64,000 bases of DNA, taken from positions 110,980,001-111,044,000 of the forward strand of contig OZ024742.1 of NCBI GenBank assembly GCA_964016885.1, given 5' to 3'. Positions 1-13,348 of this stretch are shown piece by piece. The notes under the pieces were generated by a model. That model did no database searches, was not told where the DNA came from, and saw only the letters and a list, made by a program, of their open reading frames with translations. The number at the start of each line of letters is the position of its first letter. Position 1 is the stretch's first letter. Origin of the DNA: Eledone cirrhosa (Eukaryota). The position numbers and the translations under genes are program-made.

Positions 1-1587
1 ATTTATGATAAAAGAGTATTAGATTTTGTATTCAATTAAGGTGTGAAACTGGAAACAACGCTTAAATGTAGCGGCTGACTGGGATTGACAACAGGCAGAA
101 TCAAGCCATCAACAAATATAAATTCAGCTGGGATAGAAGGATTTACTTAATGAGTAGAATGTCACATTGACCCGTTAAATGGGAAAAAGAACGCAACAAA
201 GATAAGAGGAGGGGCAGAGTGTTCCGTGTATGCGTGTAAATGCAAGTTAGGAAGCTAGGATAATGCATAATATAGTAGGTACCTAGGCAACGAAATCTAC
301 GCTAACTCACACTTATTCTAGAACTCTGTAATCATAGCAAGATGCATGGATATATTAATGAAAATTGAGATACGGAACGTGAATAAAATATATATTATCG
401 GATAGGTGTTACTAATCTGAGATAACAAAATAATGGCACACACAAACTTTCTTATAAATTACACATATTTATATACACACCAAATTACACTTATATATGT
501 ATATACCTACAAGTCAAATCTTCAAAATTCTCCTATTGCGTTACATGAAATATAAACTTGAACATTGGAAAATATTATGTCATGAACATGTGCATTTGGG
601 TGTGGGTGTAGACCGTATATTTTGCATAGTTATGTGTATGCCGGAATATGGCTATATGTGTGAATTAACATGCATACAAATATGCTTGTGGATTTGTGAG
701 GTTGTGTTGCTCACATCGTCGCATAGATCGGGAAATACCTGTATATTACTACCTTTTTCTATATCTTTTGTATCTACGTGTCTGTGGAGGGCAGATTGAA
801 TTTGCTGCTTGTGTTTCCGTCGTGCCTCAGATACATCCTGAATTTGTTTTGTTTTGCTGTTCTCTACAAGGTTTGATGCATGTATTCAGTTTCATATCAC
901 AACAGATACACCTATACGGGGATTTTTATATTTGATCTATATTTTTCTACAAAACTTGATACTTATTTATAGTAATACAGGTCATGTTTTCTCCATTATA
1001 CTTCATACGTTTACTAGCATATTCTGTACAGGAAATATGTATTCATTATTAACTGTTTTAGGGGACGATTTACTCAAATCCCCTTTCTCCCCCCAAATCG
1101 TTTGTCTTGTGTCTAAATCAGAAAACATTCTTACCTGTTTTATAACATACTTTTCCTTTCCTACTTTTTTCTTCTCAGTTAGTTTTTTGTCACACAGTCT
1201 ATTATATACTTACATGAATTCCATTCATAGAGTAGAGCTTTCTTCCTGGAATGTGTAAACGGTTTTTTAAGCTACTAAAGAACACCATATTTTTCCACGA
1301 AAGTTACATATTTATTTCTTCTTGATCTATGTCCCTGATTTCTTATGTTTCGTAGATTATGTAAGCTTGAAATTGTTTAATATAACTCTTTCTGTTTCAT
1401 AGAATTTAGATACTAATGCTTCCCTGATGTATCTACAATAATCGGTCTTAAATGGTGAACATAAGTGTATTAATAAATTCCGTTTTCCTGTCTAAATTCT
1501 CTCTCGTCTTTTAACTTATGTTTCTAAACATGAATTTAAACGGTTACAACTTTATAATTAGCTCAACCTCCAAATTGAATTTAGCCC

Positions 1588-3265
1588 TGCCGCAATGTTG
1601 GCCGACAGGCTGTATACGCGTTTGGATAGTCCTTTAACTATTGCTTCTATGACTGACTTGGGTTGGTTCGATTGCCTGTTCACATATTGCAGGTTCTCAT
1701 TGGGCTTGTGATAAGGTTGGTGTATGCCCGTATTCATTTCCAGAGTAACGTCCAGGAAATTCGCCGTCTTAATGCTAGGATCTATCATCACGGATAAGCC
1801 GTGTTGCTTAAAAAAATGCGATATGCTCTTCCACATATGCTCCAGCTGGCTGAGGTTTTGGGAATGGAAGGTAAAAAGTGCGTCGTCCTGCCTGTATATT
1901 TCTCCGCCGATCCCTGGAATCTCCTCCGCTAATCTTTGGAGGAGATAGATTCCCACCAGGTCCGTCACCTGCGCAGAGTCGCTCGACCCCATAGTAATGT
2001 CAAAACTGTCGGGTCTGTCCCACCTCTCCCATAATCTATCTTCGAAGCTAATTAACGTCTTTCTCGCTGCTATTATGAGGCTTGCTTCCTTCCTAGTGAG
2101 GTTGGACTTGGCCATGGGCCTCATGAGGGCCTTGTTCACGATTACTGGTGATACTGACGCGTAGTAATTCGCTATGTCTAACTGAATGAAATTTACCTGC
2201 TGTTTGCTATCTATTAGCGAGAACCAGTCAATTACCTCCTTGGTGGAGGTCCATAAGCTAAGCCTAGTTTTGTTCCTAAGTACCGGTAGTATCCTGTATA
2301 TGATAGTCTTGCTGGTCCTATCTATATCTATGTCCGATTTGGAGGGTGCTATTAGCCTAACAAGTAGATTAGTTCTAAAACTAATTCATGATCCTTAATG
2401 GATATCCGTGGTTTTCTGGGTACATATTGTTCTGTCTTATCATTTATTCCTAGCCCGGTCATTATTTTTTTGGTTGTGGCGTTAATGTTATCTAAGTTGT
2501 CCTGTCCTGTGGTCCTGTAGTTTTTCCTAACCTCTTTTCCGATGCAGTCGTTGTATGTAAATCGGTCAAGCATGTATACATTACCAGTTTTGTCCGAGGG
2601 CACAAGTAAATCCAGGCATTCTTCCATGCTTTTGATTGTGGAGTTCAGTTTCCGGAGGTAATCAATATGTCGTGTATTATTCATTCGGAATTTGATGTTT
2701 CGGCCCATGATGACGATACGGTTTTCAAATTCTGCCAGCTATACTTTATGCGGTGGGTGTTGTCTTGATCTAAAGATGCGTTTTAGGCGGCCCTGAGGAT
2801 TACCGGGTGCGAGTTGCTGTGTCCTTCTGTCGTGGTGAAATGCGCGCCATCTTATGTGTCTAGCGAAGGAGTTAGTGTGGTGCATCAGTAGGCTCATGTA
2901 TGTGTTGACAGTAGGGATCGGGATGTCCTTTAAAGAGGAAGAGTAATGGAATTTTTCCATGGCGAATCGCTGTAAGCGCTCTACTTATAGATGAGCATAA
3001 TATATATGTGTCTGATGGTAGCTAAGATGCTTCCATAGGTGGTATACCGGTTGAGCACTCTATACTCTTACAGAGCAGAATATGATAGAATAGAAAACGG
3101 AAAATCAGTGATACATCTGAACTCAATTTATTGTGTGTTACACAATTGTTTCGCCAGCGGACAGCTCGAGACGCGATCATTGTGTGGATCTGTTTGATTC
3201 CGGACACATCTAATAATTTCTCACTGGTGTATCTGACCCTCTGGGCCAGTACCGTCAAAACCTGA
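1588..3265 (-). mobile_element. Penelope-like element, 5' half (5' UTR, N-terminus and RT; frameshifted)
   Basis: ORF pieces 2739-2960, 2352-2708 (VPSDKTGNVY) and 1558-2139 carry PLE RT motifs FDITMGSSDSAQVTDLVG, IYRQDDAL, NFLDVTL and PYHKPN. They are collinear with the PLE ORF at 15354-16103. Confidence 0.9.
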
Positions 3266-3324
3266 TATATATATATATATATATAAATGTATAAATGTAT
3301 AAAATTATATAAACATTATATATA

Positions 3325-5409
3325 TAACGGCACATAAATATACACGGTGGGCTATACATGAAAGGGTGCACCTTGTTATATGTGCCTACAGAGATGTTGT
3401 TACGGTGCGAACATGGATCAATCCACTTATGGAATGCTCACGCAAAGCCACATAATGTGCGTTCATGACATTACAGTAAATAGTATGCGCAGACCGTACA
3501 TAGAAAATGCGTGCAGAATATATATAAAAAAGAAGGAACGTGTATGCATATGAGATAGTACACAAGAGAAGTATGAGATACACACATGGGTCTGTATACG
3601 GAAAATACATTAGGTGTTACAAAATAGAATGCGTGGAGAGTATGACTCTCTATTGAAAAGATACACATGCAGAGGGGTGCGTGGACGGCCATACTGGAGT
3701 ATGTCACTGTGGTTGAGGTATAGTGTCTTATTGGTGTAAGGCACTTGACTGAATATCAATGGAATCCGGGTCAACCTGTCCCGGCTCAGGCGATGTTTTT
3801 GCCTAGGGCAGGTATGCATCCTGGGTTATTTCGGCTTACCTTACGGGGCATATATAGTCAACAGGGTATGGTGTCTGATCCTTTGAACCCTTTTTTACCG
3901 CTCTGGTCGGCGTGCGCTCCGCCGCATGCCTTTAGCTTGGGCTGCCCGGTGGATTCCATGCAGAGAGGCTGCATCTTCTCTGGTGTCTGCACGTCATGAT
4001 TATTTAGGATTTCAGGTTGACCGCATCATCCTTCAGTCTAACTATCTCCATCTCCATTGCCTCGGATAGAAATAGCCTACAGTTTCTATTTCCAGCCGAA
4101 CATGTATTCGCGTGCCGAATGATACTACAATTGAGGGCATACCGGCTGTCTTTGTCTTTCAAGTCCCACACCAGGACCGTCAGCCTAGTAGTGTGCCTCT
4201 TGCTCCGGTCCTTGAAAGAATTTGTGTGGTTATACATCCGCGATTTAAAGGTCGTGGATGTTGCGCCGATGTAGGTGCGCTTTATATTGTGCGTGCTAAC
4301 CACACATTTATACACCAGGCCCTTCGTTAGGCATCTTCCCTGCAGAGGGCACTGTGAGCCCGCTCTGCAGTTGCACGTTCTGTCGTTATATTGTTCATTT
4401 CGGACGCCTGGTCCTTGATCTGCCTTGGCCCTCTCCCGATTCTCTAGGTGTTGTTCTGCTGACACGAAGGTCGCCCCTCCGCTACTCATTTCTGCCCGGC
4501 GTTGGATTGTATCGCCTTCCGCCGCATAGGCCGGGTTATAGTTGGAAGACCGGTCTGCAAGTGGCCCTCCAGGCTCTGATGGACGCTCATTCGGCCGCCG
4601 CGGTTGAATGTCGTGGGTCCCCATCTTCGTCGCGATTGTTTTGGCCATGTAGTCTACCATGTTAGGTGCAGTGGAGAAGGAGAACTTCACCGTGTGGCGG
4701 TTGAAAATCTTGTGGTATCTGCTCGACGGCGGGAAGCACTCGTCCAATGCTCGGAAGAAGAAGCTTGGTACATTGCTGCATACATGCTTAGAATACGGCA
4801 CGTTAAACCATGTAATGGCTTTAGAACTTGTCTTGTCCCTTCGTGTGTGTGTAGTAGTGTGAATGTGTGTCCGTTTCGGGTTTTGCCCGCCCGTTATTTC
4901 GTCCCCTATGTTGCCGCTATCTATATGTCTACCGTGGACGTCGGGGTTACGTCGTTCGCTTACTGAGGTATTCCGTTTAAAGGAATCTACTGTTAGTCTC
5001 GTTAATGCTATGCGGTGCTGTTGTCGGGGCTATATCATTGCTACTGGGCCGGGTGTTCCCTCTACCGGGTTCCACGGCCGTACTTGTCCTTACCCTGTCC
5101 CTAGTTTTAGTTTCCGCGAGGGATGTGGTGCGCGTGCCGGGGTTCTCTCTATGTGTACTGGGTGGTCTGGCGCCCGTCTGTGTCTTCGTCTGTCTTATTG
5201 TCGGTCTTGTGTCCTTGTGGTGATCTATGCTGCTACTCGTGTTCCTGGAAGCTAGTTCCGGGTCGTTCCGTCTACCTATGGATGTACTACTGCTATTGTC
5301 GTATCCGCATGCCTCGGTGCTAGGCACTTCCCTGTCCGTGGTGTACACTATGGTTTCTGTGTAACCGGCCCTGCGCAGTGCCTCATTATAATAGTCGGCG
5401 TGCTGGTTG

Positions 5410-5412
<3 letters not shown>
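3325..5412 (-). mobile_element. Penelope-like element, 3' half (thumb, CxC linker, GIY-YIG endonuclease, 3' UTR); Hydra-clade-like
   Basis: FNQHADYYNEALRRAGY at ~5360-5412. ORF 4004-4801 has YHKIFNRHTVKFSFSTAPNM, CNCRAGSQCPLQGRCL, LVYKC..TYIGATSTTFKSRMYNH. Clade assignment is inferred from the CxC linker. Confidence 0.9.
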
Positions 5413-5476
<64 letters not shown>

Positions 5477-5477
<1 letters not shown>

Positions 5478-5668
5478 ACGAAGGAAATGTGGTAAGGAAC
5501 CAGGTGAACCATAACGCACCAAAGTACTCAATACTTAGAGTAGTAGAGTGGGTAATAGGAACAAGTAAGACCCCGACGGCTGAGCTCAAGCCGTTTCGAC
5601 GGCTAATTCTGGAGTCCAGAATTAGCCGTCGAAACGGCTTGAGCTCAGCCGTCGGGGTCTTACTTGTT

Positions 5669-5673
<5 letters not shown>
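5477..5673. repeat. Short palindromic (TA)n-inserted element, family X copy 1
   Basis: Perfect inverted arms 5555-5613 / 5615-5673. The same sequence recurs at 11528, 20623, 48176 and 54198, always within (TA)n. Confidence 0.85.
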
Positions 5674-5716
<43 letters not shown>

Positions 5717-6669
5717 CAATAAAATTATTTTTTAATCATATATAATTGTGAAAAGCATATACATCGAATTTTTTCATGTTAAGCATGCACGTCATACATT
5801 TCTATACCTATGATATAGTAAAATGTGTTTTCTCTTTTGAAATATACTTCTAACATAAGTATCCCGACTTCGCTTTTAAATCATGATATATAGATTATTT
5901 TATGTTATGATATCTAATATGTCTTTTTGAATTTTATTTCTAAGAACAATAGAAATGGAGACTTTGAAGTGCTCGGCATGATACAAGTGGAATGGTGAAC
6001 AATAAATTTCTAGTTTACAAATGTCTCCTATAAGAATAAAATATGGAATAGCATTTATGTAGTAATTTGACTACTCTTTTCATTTCTTCGATATAATTCA
6101 CGATTACATGAAAACTGAATGGAAATAGAGAGAAAAACAAACACGAAAAGATGTACTTCTATTTTCTTGAAACAATTTAAAATAAAATTATTCCCTCTTT
6201 TTGTTTTCCTGTTGTTGTTATAGATTGTGAGTTTTGTTATTCAATGCATACTCCACCTTGATCAAACATTCAAAATGTGTCTATCCCAGCTACCGTGTAT
6301 TTTCAAAAATAATACAATTGCTATTTAGCCAATATGGCCGTCCATCTTTATGATCGTAGTTTGTGACATAAGCCAACGTTTACTTCGTATTCTAGTAAGG
6401 CAGAGGAAGTCGATTATGTTTTGCTCCCGCTCATAAATCAAGTGATTATTCATTGTTTAATTAATCCCTAGTGTAGGTTACACTTTGAACTCTTTCTAAT
6501 CACTTTTATATGGATGATATATTTAATACTAACACAGATACATGTTTCCAAACGAGATCAATTCATATATGAATATGTCATAAATATAAAGAAATTATAA
6601 CTATTGTATTATTATATCAATATTTTTTCTTCTGAAATTATTCAAAATTTAGTTTAAATATATATAAAT

Positions 6670-7187
6670 GCGGTACACGGGCAGAATCAGCAGACAATTT
6701 GGTTGAATGCTTTGCAATATCTCGTCCGGAGCACTGCAATAGGATTTCAAATAGCGTTGAGGTACCATGCCAGGATTATTTGTATTCGGATAAATGGAGC
6801 TAAATCGAAACCATTCATTGGTAGAGTCGGACTTAACCAAGGGTGTGAACTGTTATCTCACCTGTTCATTATTTTCATGAACAGGATTGACATACGCAGG
6901 TAGATTGGAAATGGTACACGACTGGCGGGTCTTAAACCAGTCGACTTGAATTTGCAAACGACAAGGTGTTACTTAACTCTACAGAAGTTGATCTCCGACT
7001 TGTACTTGATAGGAATAATGCCGAGTGCTGCATGGCTGGAATGAAAATCAGTGCTGCTAAAACTGAGACATACATCCTCTCAAGGAGGCCTGCGCAGTGC
7101 ATTCAACATGTGAATGGAGTTCCACTGAAGCAGATGGAGAAGTTCAAGTATATTTAAAAGCCAAACATCTTCAATTCGGTATTCATG
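6670..7187 (+). pseudogene. Decayed non-LTR retrotransposon RT fragment (RTE/RTE-X-like)
   Basis: Peptides SKPFIGRVGLNQGCELLSHLFIIFM, LEFANDKVLL (degenerate FADD), GMKISAAKTE and EKFKYI. Confidence 0.7.
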
Positions 7188-7261
7188 TCAGCTCTTACCT
7201 ACAGTCATGAATCTTGAGTAATGACCGAAATAATGCCATCGTGAATATATATATATATATA

Positions 7262-10135
7262 TACGGGATAACAAATTATCGTTATAGGCAATCCACTTAG
7301 AGGTAGTCCAGTTAGAGTACTCTGTGCTGTGGATGGTATTAACGTATGGCTTGGTTTGACTCAACAAGACGCTTCCATAGTGATGCAGCGAGTTCAAGTA
7401 ATAATAATTCAAGAGATTAGAGTAACATGGTTGTCTGTACAATAAGGGCTTTATTCACAGTACTGACAATTGTCTCTTTGATCTGGTAAGTCCTGAGTTC
7501 GCTAATCACTAGATGCTGCGTCAATCGAACTCCAATACTTTGTTTATAACCAGTTAATTCATCAGAGCCAGCGAATGTGAGGGTAATATACAAAGGAGGA
7601 GTGGTATTAGACTAGAACAATAATATCAATAACAAAATAACTAGATACTGAATAGTTAAATTAATAACATCAATATCAGTGAGAAATAGAATATAATGAT
7701 CAAATTATAAAGCTAGCATGGTAACCGAAATGATATGATACAGATGTATGAAGTTGACATGTGAAAACTACTATAGGTTACATTAGATGTAGTTTTTGAG
7801 GGATGAAGAGATAACTAATAAAATGTACCCAGAGTCAGATTTTTGGAATCTGCCCCTTTAAGTGCAATTATGAGGGATCTAGATACAAGTGTGCTGTGGG
7901 TCTAAAAGCACGCTAGCAATAAACCGGAGATTGATTTATGGTTTGATAGATAAGTATTTTCGTTGTATTAACTTAGTTATATTGATAGAGTGAGTGTATA
8001 AAGATATATGGTTATTAGGTGGTATTAAGTGAAATTGTAGATTCAGTATTTTAAGCTTTAGGTGGCTTATTTTAAATGTTGGGATTGTTAGTTCGAATCA
8101 TGGGGGTTTAGTTGTCACAACTTCGATGAAAATAGTGTATAATTAAGACAATAAATCAACAATAAAATATGCATGGTAAATAGAGAACATGATGAATAAA
8201 ATTAGGGATAGGGTACATTGAGATGATCATAATAGTAATAGTAAGAAAATAAGAAAGTAAGAGTTTCAAGGAGTGTAAGGGTAATAATATTATGTACTTA
8301 GAATTAGGTTCATCTGTGAGAGATCATGGGAGCTAATGTGAGATATGTAGATATAATTGTTGGGTCCGAAAGAATAAACAACAGCAAATGCTAGATTGAT
8401 TTATGGGCTGACATGATAATTGGTAGATGTTTGTAGATATTACTGTCCCATCTTGGTGATATAGATGTAGGGAGGCTGGAAGTTGTTTATAGTTCTGAGG
8501 TGGGCTGTGTGAGAATGCGGATTTCGTACGTTAAATTCCAAGTGATTTTCCATTGAGTTCGAGGATGCTGGTTCGAATCACGGTGGTTTAAATCTCGTAA
8601 ATTTAGTAGCAATCCTATGTCTGCAGAAAATTGTCTTTTCTATTTTGCTGTTAAGTAGCATGTTATCGTAGCTTAAGATATGTTGCAATACAAGTTTGCA
8701 GAGCCCGCAATGGTACATACCGCTGCTATAGGCCTTTGCGGCTGCTAATTTCGACCAGCTAATATTGTAATCAAGGTCCTTAAGTTGCCAGATTTTATTG
8801 GCGAGGGTTCTGGAATTCACCAGTGCACAGTTCTTCATTGAATGTCTGTGTACATACCGTCTTTTTTTAAAAACACCCGCGGTGGATCCAATGTAGTGCC
8901 AGGTGGAGTTGCCCTAGTTTACAGTACACATGTACACTAAGCTAGAATCCAGGCATCTATTCGCTAATGGGCACTTATCTGGTAGGTGGCAATTGCAGTT
9001 TGAAGTATTATTCTGTGCAGCTTTCGCATTGTGCTTCTGCAAATTGTTATGTGTGGGGTGCGATTCATGCCTATTGAAGTTTTGTTTTGGTGTGTTCCGA
9101 TGCGGGATTTAAACCACCGTGATTTGAACTAGCATCCCCGAGCTTAATGGAAAATCACTTGGAATTAAACTTATGAAATCCGCATTCTCACACAGCCCAC
9201 CTCAGAACTATAAACATCTTCCAGCCTCCCTACATCTATATGACCAAGATGGGACAGTAATATCTACAAATATCTACCAATTATCATGTCAGCCCATAAA
9301 TCAATCTAGCATTTGCTGTTGTTTATTCTTTCGGACCAACCAATTGTAAATAAACCACCTAAACTTTTCGGACCAACCAATTGTAAATAAACCACCTAAA
9401 CCTTAAATTATTGAATCTACAATTTCACTTAATACCACCTAATAACCATATATCTTTATACACTCACTCTATCAATATAACTAAGTTAATACAACGAAAA
9501 TACTTATCTATCAGACCATAAATCAATCTCCGGTTTATTGCTAGCGTGCCTTTAGACCCACAGCACACTTGTATCTAGATCACTCATAATTGCACTTAAA
9601 GGGGCAGATTCCAAAAATCTGACTCTAAGTACATTTTATTAGTTATCTCTTCATCTCTCAAAAACTTCGTCTAAAGTAACCTATAGTAGTTTTCACATGT
9701 CAACTTCATACATCTGTATCATATCACTTCGGTTACCATGCTAGCTTTATAATTTGATCATTATATTCTATTTCTCACTGATATTGATGTTATTAATTTA
9801 ACTATTCAGTATCTAGTTATTTTGTTATTGATATTATTGTTCTAGTCTAATACCACTCCTCTATAAAAGCCATGCTTTGTATATTACCCTCACATTCGCT
9901 GGCTCTGATGAATTAACTGGTTATAAACAAAGTATTGGAGTTCGATTGACGCAGCATCTAGTGATTAGCGAACTCAGGACTTACCAGATCAAAGAGACAA
10001 TTGTCAGTACTGTGAATAAAGCCCTTATTGTACAGACAACCATGTTACTCTTATCTATTGAATTATATACATATATATATTTATGTATTCGCGATCGTAT
10101 TCTTTCGGTCATTACTCAAGATTCATATATATATA
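7262..10135. mobile_element. Head-to-head inverted PLE 3' end (GIY-YIG on left arm, - strand)
   Basis: 8578-9010 (-) encodes CNCHLPDKCPLANRCL, LVYMC, HYIGST, LANKIWQLK and CGLC. The ~1 kb 3' UTR (7262-8595) is repeated inverted at ~9105-10135 with an internal deletion. Both ends abut short (TA)n. Confidence 0.85.
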
Positions 10136-10332
10136 TAATAGCGAATATGAATAAACGAAGTTAATTTTAACTTGTTGACTTACACTCCTTTATATATATA
10201 TATATGTATTATTCAATGTAAGAAAGTTGGTTGATCAAAAATCTGCCACCTTATTCTTAAACAGACCTGAAGCACTACATGATTTTTGTTCCTTAGGATT
10301 TTCCGAGTAAGGTAACATCTGGAGTTTTAGTA

Positions 10333-10672
10333 TAATAAATAAGACAAACGGTTTTATTCGTACATCTTTATTTTATTCGTTATACATATTTCGAAGATGT
10401 AAGGTAGTCATATAATAACCACACTACACGTTCTCTTCAGAGAAACAAGATGTAATTTTCCATTGATATGCTACCAGTCAGCTGTACTATTAACCTCGCC
10501 AATCAGTACTCATATGACGAAGTTAATAGCACGCGGGACTTGTACTATATCAATGGAAAATTACACCTCGTTTGTCTGAAGAGAACATGTAGGGTTGTTA
10601 TCATATGACGACTTTACATCTTCCAAATAAGTATAACGAATAAAATATAGATGTACGAATAAAACTGTCTCT

Positions 10673-10681
<9 letters not shown>
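10333..10681. repeat. Imperfect long inverted repeat (~135-bp arms) ending in (TA)n
   Basis: 10333-10469 is the reverse complement of 10547-10681 (e.g. ttttattcgtacatct / agatgtacgaataaaa). Confidence 0.75.
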
Positions 10682-10741
<60 letters not shown>

Positions 10742-10747
<6 letters not shown>

Positions 10748-11180
10748 ATACTTTGGGAGTATCATGCTGCCAATAAAAACACATTTCAGCTCATTATAAC
10801 TTTCCGGTTAGTTTAAATAAATAAATAAAAGCACACATACACACACACGGAGGTAACACATGCGCAACCTAAGCACACAACACGCAACACACAAAAACAA
10901 GATGGTGTTGGACAGAACAAAGGAGAGACACAACATAAAATCACAGTCATTGAGGAGATCATAGAATGTGGAACGAAATATTTTTGACAATATATAAACA
11001 CCCATCCGGTTATCGAACCAACAAGCAAACCAACCAACCAATCAACCAACCAACAAATGGAAATTTATAATAAACTGAAGTGAAAACCAACAGGGGTGTG
11101 TGTTTTTATTGGCAGCATTACCCTCCCAAAGTACAAGAATATATGTTTCAACACACGTTTCAGATAAGAAATCTTGCAAA
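10742..11180 (+). mobile_element. Neptune-like PLE pseudo-LTR remnant with short inverted end and degenerate hammerhead
   Basis: Homologous to the 3' ends at 31500-32005 and 51540-52025. Eroded hammerhead gtca TTGAGGA...GAAA...tgac at 10946-10988. Confidence 0.65.
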
Positions 11181-11197
11181 ACAGATTAAAAAACGAA

Positions 11198-11268
<71 letters not shown>

Positions 11269-11321
11269 GGAGGTGAGTTTTATTGTAGTACAATAAAGCA
11301 CTCTACAATTTGTAGGACTAG

Positions 11322-11451
11322 AGTATACATAATATATAAGATCAAAAGATGGTTAAAAGAGTTCCATGTATTTTATTTGAAATGCGCATAATACAATACA
11401 TGGAACTCTTTTAACCATCTTTTGATCTTATATATTATATATATATACTTC
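11322..11451. repeat. Short inverted repeat between (TA)n tracts
   Basis: aatatataagatcaaaagatggttaaaagagttccatgtatt and its reverse complement. Confidence 0.75.
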
Positions 11452-11527
<76 letters not shown>

Positions 11528-11530
<3 letters not shown>

Positions 11531-11685
11531 AACGAGTAGGACCCCGACCGCTGAGCTCAAGCCGTCTAATCGGCTTGAGCTCAGCCGTCGAGGTCCTACT
11601 TGTTCCTATTACCCACTCTACTACCCTAAGTATTGAGTACTTTGGTGCGATATGGTCCATCTGGTTCCTTACCACATTTCCTTCG

Positions 11686-11688
<3 letters not shown>
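11528..11688. repeat. Family X palindromic element, copy 2
   Basis: Same sequence as 5477-5673 in opposite orientation, with a shorter palindrome; flanked by (TA)n. Confidence 0.8.
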
Positions 11689-11736
<48 letters not shown>

Positions 11737-11791
11737 TATATATATACATACACACACACACTCACATACACACACACACATATATATATAG

Positions 11792-11849
<58 letters not shown>

Positions 11850-12802
11850 GACTCTCTCAGGAATTAGTGGGTGATAAAGAAAAAGAACATATATATATAT
11901 ATATATATGTGTGAGCGAGCTTAATGTTTATCACCTACTACTCAAAGTGTCCGAAATTACTTTCAAATATAAAAAAATATGTTTGTTTATAATTGATAAA
12001 ATTGTTGTCGCTTTTATGACACAGTGACTCTAGCGCTATACGTAAAGAAAACCAAAATCAATATAACAATATATAAATGTTTTAAGCATCACCCGTGTTT
12101 CACGTTATAATTGCTTATTAACTTATTCTACAACGAAAATTGCAGTAAGTGATATCTATACAAGACAAGTCTTAGTGTATCTGATATCTTATATCACAAG
12201 CATATTGTACAATTAAAGCATCTTAAATTGTCCCGAAAACCAAACAGTGTGTTTTGTTATTGATTGCTGGAAATTACTCGTTGTTGTCTTCTTGCTATAC
12301 ACAATATATACATAGTGTCTTTACTGACATTTATAAATCGTGATTTTAGTCTAGAGACCAAGACAATTTTACATAATTGAAATAAATTTAAACGAATTAA
12401 ATTAAAATACATTTCCTTTTAATTCTGTTGTCTTTTGAAGACATTTTATTTTATTTTAGCTTTGGCACCTTTAAAGTCTAACAATGAAGCAAAGCAATTT
12501 ACTCCACCTAAATAGTAATAATGATCTTTTAGTATAATTATTAGACACGAACCACTAAAGATTTACAAGCTGAACGCATTGACATTTCCTGTACTGTTGT
12601 GCCAATGAAACAAGAATCCGGTACAAATCAAAACTTTATGAAAATATAGTATAGTAGCGTTTGAATGTATGTATGTATGTATGCATGTATGTATGTATGT
12701 ATGTATGTATGTATGTATGTATGTATGTATGTATGTATTTATGTATGTATGTATGTATGTATGTATGTATGTATGTATGTATGTATGTATTTACATATGT
12801 AT

Positions 12803-12984
12803 GCCCCTCGTGTGTGGTACTGGTAATATGTAACCCAGTACAACCTGTCGCATGGTCGGGTCGTCGGTGACTAAACCGGCAACCTCAAAGTTTACTTGGT
12901 GAGGAGGGTGACTTTGGACACACTGCAGGACAAAATCAAAACTAGACAAAGGGCGGAAGAACTCATAAGAGTCAATGGCCATCC

Positions 12985-12987
<3 letters not shown>
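12803..12987 (+). mobile_element. 5' segment of the RTE-derived non-autonomous family, after (TATG)n
   Basis: Homologous to 18003-18197, 34590-34780 and 37862-38055. Confidence 0.7.
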
Positions 12988-13024
<37 letters not shown>

Positions 13025-13279
13025 AAATGGAAAAGAATGAAACAAAATTTCATTTCTCACTCTTAGTACGACTGATACCTAAATATAAGTATGTATACGC
13101 ACATACATATATGTGTACAGACGTACAGTAGTATGTATATGTATACATACATGCACACATATATATATGAACGTATGGGTTTACCGAACATTTATTATAA
13201 TGTTTGGTTTGTTTGTAAACAAACAGCCCGAATTACGTCGTACAGTGTTTAGCAACCATCGTCGCCCTTTTGTTCAACT

Positions 13280-13348
13280 CTGACACGGAAACGATGTACT
13301 AGTTTCAAGCTTATTAGATATCGTCAGCATCGTATACCTTTCTGTCAG
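13280..13348 (-). ncRNA. Type I hammerhead ribozyme (retrozyme family 2)
   Basis: Minus strand reads ctgacagaaaggtat acgatg CTGACGA tatctaataagctt GAAA ctag TA^ catcgt ttccgtgtcag. One stem II mismatch versus the other copy. Confidence 0.8.

Noticed and set aside
550-1540. Possible very old PLE remnant on the - strand
   Set aside because: Only vague Cys and thumb-like peptides; no diagnostic motif is recoverable by eye.
3130-3185. GAAACAATTGT palindrome in the PLE 5' UTR as a hammerhead
   Set aside because: No CUGANGA core upstream, and the cleavage position would be G.
5575-5615. HDV-like ribozyme in family X (GGCTAA after a hairpin)
   Set aside because: No P1/P2/P3 or L3 consensus was found.
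9898-9945. CTGATGA in the PLE 3' UTR (also 7525-7570) as a hammerhead
   Set aside because: It has TAAA rather than GAAA in both copies and no convincing stem I.
10570-10600. CTGAAGA-GAAC in the inverted repeat as a stem II-less hammerhead
   Set aside because: No adjacent stem I pairing could be built.
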